Source: a virus
Lineage: Duplodnaviria; Caudoviricetes
Virus record (IMG/VR): IMGVR_UViG_3300032312_000081
Coordinates: 1-34,978 of that record
DNA length: 34,978 nucleotides
Direction: 5' to 3' (one strand)
The position numbers and the translations under genes are program-made. Each line of letters begins with the position of its first letter. Position 1 is the first letter of the stretch. The notes beneath the pieces are model-generated. The model saw only the letters and a program-made list of their open reading frames with translations. It was not told where the DNA came from and made no database searches. Of the stretch, positions 18,231-25,250 are shown one piece after another.

Positions 18231-18393
18231 TTTTATTTCCCTTCATCACTTGTTGAACTAGACTCCACTATACACGAAAAATACCGATTGCAACAACTTT
18301 ATTCACTTTTTTACTAAGTAGTTTCCCTAATACAACACAATTATCATGTTTTTGCTAGAATTATGGTATTGTAGCGGAAAAGAAAGGATTTAT
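18231..18393. promoter_or_regulatory. Divergent early promoter region
   Basis: Leftward -10 TATAGT (18267-72) with TTGCAA or TTGTTG 15 or 18 nt upstream; rightward extended -10 TGcTAGAAT (18353-61). Confidence 0.55.
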
Positions 18394-18591
18394 ATGAACC
18401 CAATGGACTTACTCAGGATAGAGTTTAGAACCTTAGAAGCCTTGGCTGGCAAGCTAGGAATACCAGCCAACACCGTTTACCAATGGGGAAAAACCAACAT
18501 TCCTACTAAATGGATCAAAGATATTGAGGAATTATCGGAATCAAGATTGACTAGAGAGCAACTCAGACCTGACCTTTTTAAGAAAGGTTGA
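18394..18591 (+). CDS. Cro/YdaS-like HTH regulator (start re-called to ATG 18394)
   Basis: LEALAGKLGIPANTVYQW HTH and C-terminal LTREQLRPDLF; RBS AAAGGA. Confidence 0.8.
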   Translation: MNPMDLLRIEFRTLEALAGKLGIPANTVYQWGKTNIPTKWIKDIEELSESRLTREQLRPDLFKKG

Positions 18592-18592
18592 G

Positions 18593-19369
18593 ATGCACTA
18601 TTACCCTCATAACATTGGCGATTATCGCAAAGACACATCACATTTAACCTTGTTAGAACATGGAATCTACAGGCAACTCTTGGACAGTTATTATTTGGAT
18701 GAAATGCCATTGAGCAATGATCTTGCCAAGCTAATGCGTTCGCATAGCGTTCGTAATGCGGATGAACAGCAAGCGTTACAAAATGTATTAACAGACTTCT
18801 TTGAATTGACTGAAAACGGATACATTCATAAAAGATGTGAGGATATTATTGCTAAGTTTCATGGCAAGTCGGAGAGTGCCAGGGCATCTGCGATGGCTCG
18901 CTGGGGCAGGCAGAATAAGGATTCCAATGCGAACGCATTACCAACGCAATCCGAAGGCAATGCTAACCAAGAACCAATAACCAATAACCATAAACCAATA
19001 ACCAATAATAAAAACACTATCGCCAAACCTGAAGGTTTAGCGGATTTATTGTGGAAAGATTTTTTAATTCTTAGAAAAAGCAAAAAGTTACCAGTAACAC
19101 AAACTGCTTTTGATGGCATAAAACGAGAGGCAAAGAAAGCCAATAAAACGCTTCCTGAAGTTATTCAAATTTGCTGTGAACGAGGTTGGGGCGGATTTAA
19201 GGCTGAATGGCTTGTCATTGAATCTTTAAAAACCCAAGACAAACCTATGCAGAAATGGGACTCCACCTTAGAAGGCGTAATGAGCAAAGGAAAGGAATTG
19301 GGCATATTACCTAAGCCTGGTGAAACTGAGGGCCAGTATCGTGATCGAGTAAGAAGTGGACACAAATAG
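18593..19369 (+). CDS. Phage replication initiator, DUF1376/YdaU family
   Basis: MHYYPHNIGDYRKDTSHLTLLEHGIYRQLLDSYY N-terminus; central repeat linker; C-terminal LWKDFLILRKSKK...CCERGWGGFKAEW. Confidence 0.85.
   Translation: MHYYPHNIGDYRKDTSHLTLLEHGIYRQLLDSYYLDEMPLSNDLAKLMRSHSVRNADEQQALQNVLTDFFELTENGYIHKRCEDIIAKFHGKSESARASAMARWGRQNKDSNANALPTQSEGNANQEPITNNHKPITNNKNTIAKPEGLADLLWKDFLILRKSKKLPVTQTAFDGIKREAKKANKTLPEVIQICCERGWGGFKAEWLVIESLKTQDKPMQKWDSTLEGVMSKGKELGILPKPGETEGQYRDRVRSGHK
18926..19006 (+). repeat. Putative replication origin iterons inside the initiator gene
   Basis: Four 11-bp units (AATGCGAACGC, ATTACCAACGC, AATCCGAAGGC, AATGCTAACCA) followed by six 7-bp units of AACCAAT consensus (18965-19006). 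Confidence 0.7.
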
Positions 19370-19553
19370 TGAAAAGTTTAAGCATCAATGCGCTGTACGC
19401 CAGCTTATTTTATGGCGCAGGACTTGGGGCTTAAAAACTTTTAGAGAATATATGAACAAGAACAAAGAAAAACTAGGCTGGCAATTAATTAGAGATTTTG
19501 AGGATCAATGGGTAAAAGGTAACAGGGCTGACGAAAAAGGAGAATGGAAATGA
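19356..19553 (+). CDS. Hypothetical protein
   Basis: GTG start overlapping the end of the initiator gene; SEKFKHQCAVRQLI...QWVKGNR. Confidence 0.6.
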   Translation: MDTNSEKFKHQCAVRQLILWRRTWGLKTFREYMNKNKEKLGWQLIRDFEDQWVKGNRADEKGEWK

Positions 19554-19882
19554 ATTTAGAGCAACTTACTGAAAACAGGGTAGAAGAAGCCTTAATAAAG
19601 CTATCTTCTACAGATGAAAGCCATGCGGCATGGGCTGGGCAAGTTAAATACCTAGAGGAAGGCTTAAAACAAGCTAAGAGCCATTCTTTTCTATTAGCTG
19701 ATGGCACAGTAGCCGAGAGGGAAGCAAAAGCCGTAGCGAGCCTTAAATACGCTGAAGCTGTTACAGCTTGGACTGATGCTTTAAAGGCTTTTAAAAAGAT
19801 TGATAACGAAAGAAATCATGAAATGCGGATTATTGACATTTGGCGCACTCTTTCAAGTAATCGGAGGCAAGGAAATGTTTAA
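19544..19882 (+). CDS. Hypothetical helical protein
   Basis: RBS AAGGAG; coiled coil; TVAEREAKA and IDIWRT..SNRR motifs. Confidence 0.65.
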   Translation: MEMNLEQLTENRVEEALIKLSSTDESHAAWAGQVKYLEEGLKQAKSHSFLLADGTVAEREAKAVASLKYAEAVTAWTDALKAFKKIDNERNHEMRIIDIWRTLSSNRRQGNV

Positions 19883-19976
19883 ATTTTCAATTCAATTTAT
19901 TTTGGGTTTTATTGTGCAATTTGGGTTGTTGTTGTTTTTTTTAGCTTTTTGTCGATGGAGTGGTTTTTACATTTAA
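19875..19976 (+). CDS. Small hydrophobic peptide (33 aa; not in track)
   Basis: MFKFSIQFILGFIVQFGLLLFFLAFCRWSGFYI*; RBS GGAGG; fills the gap. Confidence 0.4.
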   Translation: MFKFSIQFILGFIVQFGLLLFFLAFCRWSGFYI

Positions 19977-19986
19977 GGAGAAGGAA

Positions 19987-20160
19987 ATGCAGGATTATTC
20001 ATTGCCGTACATTGTTTTAAATAGTTTGTTAAAAAAGTATCACGACTGTATGTTAAAAAACAATACACATCGTGCATACGAAGTTGCTACTGATATGGTT
20101 GAAATGTCATTAACTTTACAGGATATGGCCCATGATAAAGATAGACCTAACGCCATCTGA
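19987..20160 (+). CDS. Hypothetical protein (start re-called to ATG 19987)
   Basis: RBS AAGGAG precedes MQDYSLPY... Confidence 0.6.
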   Translation: MQDYSLPYIVLNSLLKKYHDCMLKNNTHRAYEVATDMVEMSLTLQDMAHDKDRPNAI

Positions 20161-20617
20161 AATACAAATGGCTTCAATGGTTGGTTGTCAAAGGGCTATT
20201 GAAAACATTCAAAACAAAGACTTTAGAAGTCGGTCAGGCGAAGCACAGCATGATTTATTTGGAAGGATGATTAATGGTGCTTTAGCAGAAGCCGCATTAG
20301 CCAAGCATTTAAATAAATTTTGGTCTAAAGGCGTTAAAGGTGGTGCTGATGTGGATGATGTGGATGTAAGATGTACGCATTATCACAATGGTGATCTCGA
20401 AATGCACACCTGGGACAAAGATGATAGAAAATATTATCTTTTAACTGGTATGCTAGGCTCTTATGTATTGCGTGGCTGGATATGGGGCAAAGATGCAAAG
20501 AAACAAGAATATTGGAAAGTAAAGCAAGTTGGGCGTGATCCACAATTTTGGGTTCCTCAATCAACTTTAAATGACAATACGCTTGATCCACAAGAAAAAC
20601 ATTGGCTGGATGATTAA
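20132..20617 (+). CDS. Hypothetical protein, possible PD-(D/E)XK-like nuclease fold
   Basis: GALAEAALAKHL...GADVDDVDVR resembles the G.xE...D...D(V)K arrangement; inference only. Confidence 0.5.
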   Translation: MIKIDLTPSEIQMASMVGCQRAIENIQNKDFRSRSGEAQHDLFGRMINGALAEAALAKHLNKFWSKGVKGGADVDDVDVRCTHYHNGDLEMHTWDKDDRKYYLLTGMLGSYVLRGWIWGKDAKKQEYWKVKQVGRDPQFWVPQSTLNDNTLDPQEKHWLDD

Positions 20618-21388
20618 ATGAATATAGTTTCTTATGGGGCTGGTACAAACAGTACAGCCCTTTTAATTGAAATGATAAATCGTGGAATACCATGCGATTT
20701 AATCACTTTTGCCGATACTGGCGGTGAACGTCCTGAAACTTACGAATATATGCGTATGTTTAGTAATTGGATTGTTTCTAAAGGTTTTCCAGCTATTGTG
20801 TATGTTAAAGCGGAAACTCCAAGTAAACACATGGGTCTTGAGCAATTTTGTTTAGGCCACAAAACATTGCCTTCTATTGCTTTTGGATTTAAAAAATGTT
20901 CACAACAGTTTAAAGGTGAGCCGCAGGACAAATATATTAAAAATCATCCTATGGTCCAAGAAATATGGGCTAAAGGTGAAAAAGTTAATAAATATATTGG
21001 GTATGATGCTGATGAACCGCATCGTGCTAATCGTGTCTTAGATGAAAAGATTACTAAAAAGTTTAATATGCAATACCCATTGGTAGAATGGAATATGGGT
21101 AGAGATGAATGTATAGAATCTATTAAAAATGCTGGATTGCCTTTACCTGGCAAGTCAGCTTGTTTTTTTTGTCCCAGTTCTAAACCTAGAGAAATATTAG
21201 AATTAAACAAAACGCATCCTGAATTAATTAAAAGGGCTATTGCAATGGAAGATAATGCCCAAGAGTATTTGACAAGCGTTAAAGGTTTAGGGCGAAACTG
21301 GTCATGGAAAGAATTAATTGCTCAAGATGATGCACAAATGAAAATGTTTACAAGTGAAGTGCTTTGTGAATGTTATGACGGTGACTAA
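20618..21388 (+). CDS. PAPS-reductase-family (PP-loop) protein
   Basis: IVSYGAGTNSTALL, FADTGGERPETY, IGYDADE..R, YPLVEW, KSACFFCP and C-terminal CEC. Confidence 0.8.
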   Translation: MNIVSYGAGTNSTALLIEMINRGIPCDLITFADTGGERPETYEYMRMFSNWIVSKGFPAIVYVKAETPSKHMGLEQFCLGHKTLPSIAFGFKKCSQQFKGEPQDKYIKNHPMVQEIWAKGEKVNKYIGYDADEPHRANRVLDEKITKKFNMQYPLVEWNMGRDECIESIKNAGLPLPGKSACFFCPSSKPREILELNKTHPELIKRAIAMEDNAQEYLTSVKGLGRNWSWKELIAQDDAQMKMFTSEVLCECYDGD

Positions 21389-21660
21389 TGGCTACAAAAG
21401 CAGATAAACTACGATTTAGAAAAATTGCAGATATAGGTTGCATATTATGTTACACGCAAGATAACCCTGGAACGCCTTGTGAAATTCACCACATTAGAAG
21501 AACTGGCAAACGAGCCACAGCCCCAACCATCGGACTCTGTCCAACTCACCACAGATTCGATTTGGGTATTCACCACCTTGGGCGTAGAGCTTGGGAATCA
21601 ACTCACTCAACGACAGAGGAGCGATTATTGGAAATTACAAATGGATTGCTAAATGTCTAG
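21388..21660 (+). CDS. Ref/DUF968-like HNH nuclease
   Basis: GCILC...CEIHHIR...TIGLCPTHHR...GIH. Confidence 0.8.
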   Translation: MATKADKLRFRKIADIGCILCYTQDNPGTPCEIHHIRRTGKRATAPTIGLCPTHHRFDLGIHHLGRRAWESTHSTTEERLLEITNGLLNV

Positions 21661-21796
21661 CTGGCTAATTATTCTGACAGGAGTTATTTATGCCTATATT
21701 GCTATTGAACAACTCTTTAAAGGAAATACTGGAATGGCTATCACATATTTTGGATATTGCGTTGCAAATGCTGGGCTTGTGATGTTAGCCAAATGA
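21653..21796 (+). CDS. Small 2-TM membrane protein (47 aa; not in track)
   Basis: MSSWLIILTGVIYAYIAIEQLFKGNTGMAITYFGYCVANAGLVMLAK*. Confidence 0.65.
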   Translation: MSSWLIILTGVIYAYIAIEQLFKGNTGMAITYFGYCVANAGLVMLAK

Positions 21797-21909
21797 GCTT
21801 CAAAGTATATACTGAAGATGGATGGCATATAGCTTGGTTTCATACTATAGACCAAGCAATACAGTCAATGCTTAATAATCCTACGCATTACTATCATAGA
21901 AATTTATAA
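21793..21909 (+). CDS. Hypothetical protein (38 aa; not in track)
   Basis: MSFKVYTEDGWHIAWFHTIDQAIQSMLNNPTHYYHRNL*; ATGA coupling. Confidence 0.45.
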   Translation: MSFKVYTEDGWHIAWFHTIDQAIQSMLNNPTHYYHRNL

Positions 21910-22251
21910 TTCGTGACCGTCAAAACCAAGGCACGAGCCAACAAGCATTTTTCTGCGTTTAAAGGTTGCATCATGTAAGTTCCATTTGCCTGATTTGTGC
22001 CTAGAACAATGAATCATTTCATGAGCCATGCTTCTAACAACGGTATCGTAAAAGCCGCATCTAGCCTTTGATATACAAAAAATATGTTGCTTGCTTAAAG
22101 TTTCATCAAACTCGTAGGTAGCCATGACCTGATGATCGTCTACGATTAAGAAGCGGCAAGTTTCGCTAGGCGGCAAGTCCCATTTAGTAAATGGCTCGCA
22201 CTTGGCAAGCGTTAAATAGATTGATTCAAGGATTTTAGGCGTGATCTTCAT
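21904..22251 (-). CDS. SprT-like zinc metallopeptidase
   Basis: SMAHEMIH (HExxH) followed by H...F (LHDATFK), as in SprT-like zincins. Confidence 0.7.
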   Translation of the reverse strand: MKITPKILESIYLTLAKCEPFTKWDLPPSETCRFLIVDDHQVMATYEFDETLSKQHIFCISKARCGFYDTVVRSMAHEMIHCSRHKSGKWNLHDATFKRRKMLVGSCLGFDGHEL

Positions 22252-22994
22252 GCTAAATGTTTAAGTTTTGCGTGAGGTATAACTGATCTTTTATCTACGG
22301 AAAACGCACCACAGGCTTTACATTGATACCTTTGGTAAGCCCCAGTCGTGGTGTAACTAAAGCCTTTGCTTATTAAATGATTCTTGCCGCAAGTAGGACA
22401 ATCAAATCCATTGCGATCTTTTTTCATTATATTAAGATTAATTGGGCTCTTAATCCAAGGTAATAACTTTTTATACAATTTTTCAAGCAGAATTACATCT
22501 TGGATATTGTATGCTTCCATTGTTTTCCAGGCCTTTTTGTCACCATTCATACATTTAACCCAAAGAATATGGCCTTCATGGTCTTTTTTCTTGCCCAAGC
22601 TCATTCTTTGAGCTACATAATCTAATTTGTTACTGGGGAACCTAAATTGACTTTTTACTACCCTAAGTAAATCTATTTGCTTAATGGGTGGCGGAGGATT
22701 CATTTTATGAATAATAAATTCTTTGTTTAAAGTCGGCATATCAAATTTTGTGCCGTTATAATGAACTACTGCATCAGCTTGTTCTAAAAGCCCATGTATG
22801 CCTTCTAGCATTGATTTAGGGTCACTCTTTTGAACAGAATCAAAATATATTTGTTCATCACCTAGCCATTTAGCTGAATAGCACATGGTGTAAGATGATT
22901 CTAGAAGCTGAGAAAGGCCTACATTTTGTTGCCAAATGCCCCAAACATGGGCTACATTAGGTGAAGTTTCTATATCAAGTAACAAAATCTTCAT
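22248..22994 (-). CDS. RNase H-like (YprB/DnaQ-like, DEDD) 3'-5' exonuclease with C-terminal zinc ribbon
   Basis: LLDIET, HYNGTKFDMP, SNKLDY, YNIQDV; CPTCG...YQCKACG. Confidence 0.85.
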   Translation of the reverse strand: MKILLLDIETSPNVAHVWGIWQQNVGLSQLLESSYTMCYSAKWLGDEQIYFDSVQKSDPKSMLEGIHGLLEQADAVVHYNGTKFDMPTLNKEFIIHKMNPPPPIKQIDLLRVVKSQFRFPSNKLDYVAQRMSLGKKKDHEGHILWVKCMNGDKKAWKTMEAYNIQDVILLEKLYKKLLPWIKSPINLNIMKKDRNGFDCPTCGKNHLISKGFSYTTTGAYQRYQCKACGAFSVDKRSVIPHAKLKHLA

Positions 22995-23049
22995 ATAAGC
23001 CTTATTGGTTTAAGTAATTGAATACTAACCTTAAATATATTACAAAACA

Positions 23050-23340
23050 ATGACTTATTATGCTAAGCGTGTCGATGAGAATCAAAAACTCATAATTAAT
23101 ACATTTATTGCTATGGGCGCATCTGTTTTAAATTTATCTAGAGTTGGTCAAGGCTGTCCTGATTTATTAATAGGTTACAAAGGAAAACATAGCATTCTTG
23201 TTGAAGTAAAAGCGAATGAACGCAAAGCCTACACAGAGCCCCAGGTAAAATTCATGCAAAATTGGCGTGGCGGAGCAGTATGTAGAATTGATTCAGTTGA
23301 TGCGGCAATCAGATTGATTAAAATGCTTGACATGGAATAG
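23050..23340 (+). CDS. VRR-NUC/PD-(D/E)XK nuclease, probable Holliday-junction resolvase
   Basis: RVDENQ, GQGCPDLLIG, LVEVK and TEPQVKF...W.G. Confidence 0.8.
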   Translation: MTYYAKRVDENQKLIINTFIAMGASVLNLSRVGQGCPDLLIGYKGKHSILVEVKANERKAYTEPQVKFMQNWRGGAVCRIDSVDAAIRLIKMLDME

Positions 23341-23354
23341 AATCAACATAAAAT
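23327..23354 (+). promoter_or_regulatory. Sigma70-type promoter at the head of the late operon
   Basis: TTGACA (23327-32), 16-nt spacer, TAAAAT (23349-54). Confidence 0.6.
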
Positions 23355-23399
23355 TAACGAACTGCGATATTGCAGACTTTTTAGCTAAAAGGATTACAA

Positions 23400-23600
23400 A
23401 TGAACTACGGTACACAAGGCGCAAAGATTCCAGCCGCAACTTCTTCTGATAAATCAGGTGAGCGCATGGAAAAGATGAAGGGTGGAGTTGCAATGGGTAA
23501 GGAAGATGCAACTGGCTCTGACAAATTATTCAATACAGGTCGTACTGCTGGTGTTTGTTATGAGCACAAGCGTTGTGAGTCTGCTCAGGATAAGTGCTAA
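23400..23600 (+). CDS. Hypothetical protein
   Basis: RBS AAAGGA; 66 aa; first gene after the promoter. Confidence 0.6.
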   Translation: MNYGTQGAKIPAATSSDKSGERMEKMKGGVAMGKEDATGSDKLFNTGRTAGVCYEHKRCESAQDKC

Positions 23601-23665
23601 TAAGCGGTAAATAGGGAAGCCTCACACTTCCCTACTACCTAACCAAATAGTAATCGGAGAACTAA

Positions 23666-23902
23666 ATGGCTATTCAAAACGATAAAGAAAATTGCATTAC
23701 TTGTCGATTTTTTTCTTTAGGCGATAGAAGCATGGGTGTCTGCCAAAGATACCCAACTTCCGTAAACACATCTAGCGGTGGCTGGTGTGGCGAATGGGCA
23801 TTTCAAATTAGCCTATCAATAGATGCAATGGTTCAAGCAATTACTGATCCTATTGAAAGCCTCGAACCTAAAAAAGGTAGAGGAAGGCCTAAAAAAGCAT
23901 GA
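23666..23902 (+). CDS. HiPIP-like 4-Cys protein with C-terminal AT-hook
   Basis: CITC-x12-C-x14-C (GWCGEW); C-terminus KKGRGRPKK. Confidence 0.6.
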   Translation: MAIQNDKENCITCRFFSLGDRSMGVCQRYPTSVNTSSGGWCGEWAFQISLSIDAMVQAITDPIESLEPKKGRGRPKKA

Positions 23903-24213
23903 AACTTAAACCATTACTAGACAAAATAGTTGTTTTACCTGATGTCAGGGAACTGTCTAACATTATCTACATAAACAACAAAGAAGTAGAAAACATGGGT
24001 ACGGTCATAGCCGTAGGGCCTGGCAAAAAGCTACCAAATGGGCGCAGAGAAGATATGCCTGTAGAAGTTGGAGCCAGGGTCCGTTTTGGAACCATGAATG
24101 ACGATCCAGGCGAGGAATACCTTAAATACTTTAAATATGAAGAAGATGGCACTAAATACTTGGTGATGTCTTGGCAGGATGTGTGTTTTATTGAAGAAAA
24201 GGAACTAGCATGA
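23899..24213 (+). CDS. groES: Co-chaperonin GroES (Cpn10) homologue
   Basis: MKLKPLLDKIVV, GTVIAVGPG, PVEVGARVRF and YLVMSWQDV. Confidence 0.9.
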   Translation: MKLKPLLDKIVVLPDVRELSNIIYINNKEVENMGTVIAVGPGKKLPNGRREDMPVEVGARVRFGTMNDDPGEEYLKYFKYEEDGTKYLVMSWQDVCFIEEKELA

Positions 24214-24509
24214 CTGAGATTGACATAGTAGATGGAACGCCTTTATTTGAAAAAATCATGGCCCATTTTGGCTGGTACAAAGCTAAAAAGGTTGATTTGC
24301 AAGTAGAAAAGATGGAAGCAAACTATACATTCATCATTAAAGAAGATGAATACGAAGTTAAAAGCAATCCTGAATTTCCTGTAGGCAGACCAGCTTTAAA
24401 GAAAAAAACTGATAACTCTATTTGGGCTAATGACTTTAAAGCATCTGATGTAGCTAAAGCATTAGATAAGCAAGCACCTAAACCTAAAAGGAAAAGAAAT
24501 GGCAACTAA
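24210..24509 (+). CDS. Hypothetical protein
   Basis: ATGA coupling to groES; basic C-terminus. Confidence 0.55.
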   Translation: MTEIDIVDGTPLFEKIMAHFGWYKAKKVDLQVEKMEANYTFIIKEDEYEVKSNPEFPVGRPALKKKTDNSIWANDFKASDVAKALDKQAPKPKRKRNGN

Positions 24510-24663
24510 ACCTGGCCTGTACGCCAATATCCATAAAAAACAGGCTAGGATCGAAAGACAAAAGGCTGAGGGTAAACCAGTAGAAACCATGCGTAAGCCT
24601 GGTAGTAAAGGTGCGCCAACTGCAAAAGCCTTCAAAGAATCAGCTAAGACTGCGAAAAAGTAA
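24499..24663 (+). CDS. Small Lys-rich protein (54 aa; not in track)
   Basis: MATKPGLYANIHKKQARIERQKAEGKPVETMRKPGSKGAPTAKAFKESAKTAKK*. Confidence 0.7.
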   Translation: MATKPGLYANIHKKQARIERQKAEGKPVETMRKPGSKGAPTAKAFKESAKTAKK

Positions 24664-24938
24664 TGGCTACTAAACACGATAAACCAATTCCTCATAAGAC
24701 TACTGGCAAAGGTAAGACATACAATCCTACCGATAAAGGCGCAGGAATGACTGCCAAAGGTCGTGCTGAGTACAACGCAAAGAATGGTAGCAACTTAAAA
24801 GCCCCTGCCCCAAATCCAAAGACTGATGCAGATAAAGGTCGTAAAGCCTCTTTTTGTGCAAGGATGGAAGGCGTTGTTAAAAAAGCCAAAGGCCCAGCAG
24901 AAAGAGCCAAGGCATCACTAAAGAACTGGAACTGTTAA
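24663..24938 (+). CDS. Small Lys-rich protein
   Basis: GMTAKGRAEYN...GSNLKAP...RKASFCARM...SLKNWNC; TAATG coupling. Confidence 0.7.
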   Translation: MATKHDKPIPHKTTGKGKTYNPTDKGAGMTAKGRAEYNAKNGSNLKAPAPNPKTDADKGRKASFCARMEGVVKKAKGPAERAKASLKNWNC

Positions 24939-24939
24939 T

Positions 24940-25089
24940 ATGCCACTCAAAAAATCAGCAAGTCCTAAAGCGTTCAAAGAGAACATCAAAACTGAAGTAA
25001 AAGCTGGTAAACCAGTAAAGCAGGCAGTAGCTATTGCATATTCAGAAGCAAGAGCCGCTAAGAAATCATCAACGAAAGGCAAAAAATGA
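24940..25089 (+). CDS. Small Lys-rich protein (49 aa; not in track)
   Basis: MPLKKSASPKAFKENIKTEVKAGKPVKQAVAIAYSEARAAKKSSTKGKK*. Confidence 0.7.
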   Translation: MPLKKSASPKAFKENIKTEVKAGKPVKQAVAIAYSEARAAKKSSTKGKK

Positions 25090-25250
25090 CATTAGACCTA
25101 GAATTAGACGAAATCAACTATATCCTGCAACAAGTAGGTAAAGCTCCATTTGCTGAGTGTGCTCAACTAATTAACAAGATTCATATGCAAGCACAGCCAC
25201 AGTTGCCAGCCAAAGAAGAAGCTGAAATTGTAGAAGTTGTTGCTGAATGA
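25086..25250 (+). CDS. Hypothetical protein (54 aa; not in track)
   Basis: MTLDLELDEINYILQQVGKAPFAECAQLINKIHMQAQPQL...VAE*; ATGA overlaps at both ends. Confidence 0.6.
   Translation: MTLDLELDEINYILQQVGKAPFAECAQLINKIHMQAQPQLPAKEEAEIVEVVAE

Noticed and set aside
18315-18329. TAAGTAGTTTCCCTA as a Cro operator
   Set aside because: Only 4 of 7 symmetric positions pair and I found no second copy in the region.
21661-21903. Apparent ORF-free gap as a tRNA or ncRNA locus
   Set aside because: It is fully explained by two small coupled ORFs; no cloverleaf or T-loop motif is visible.
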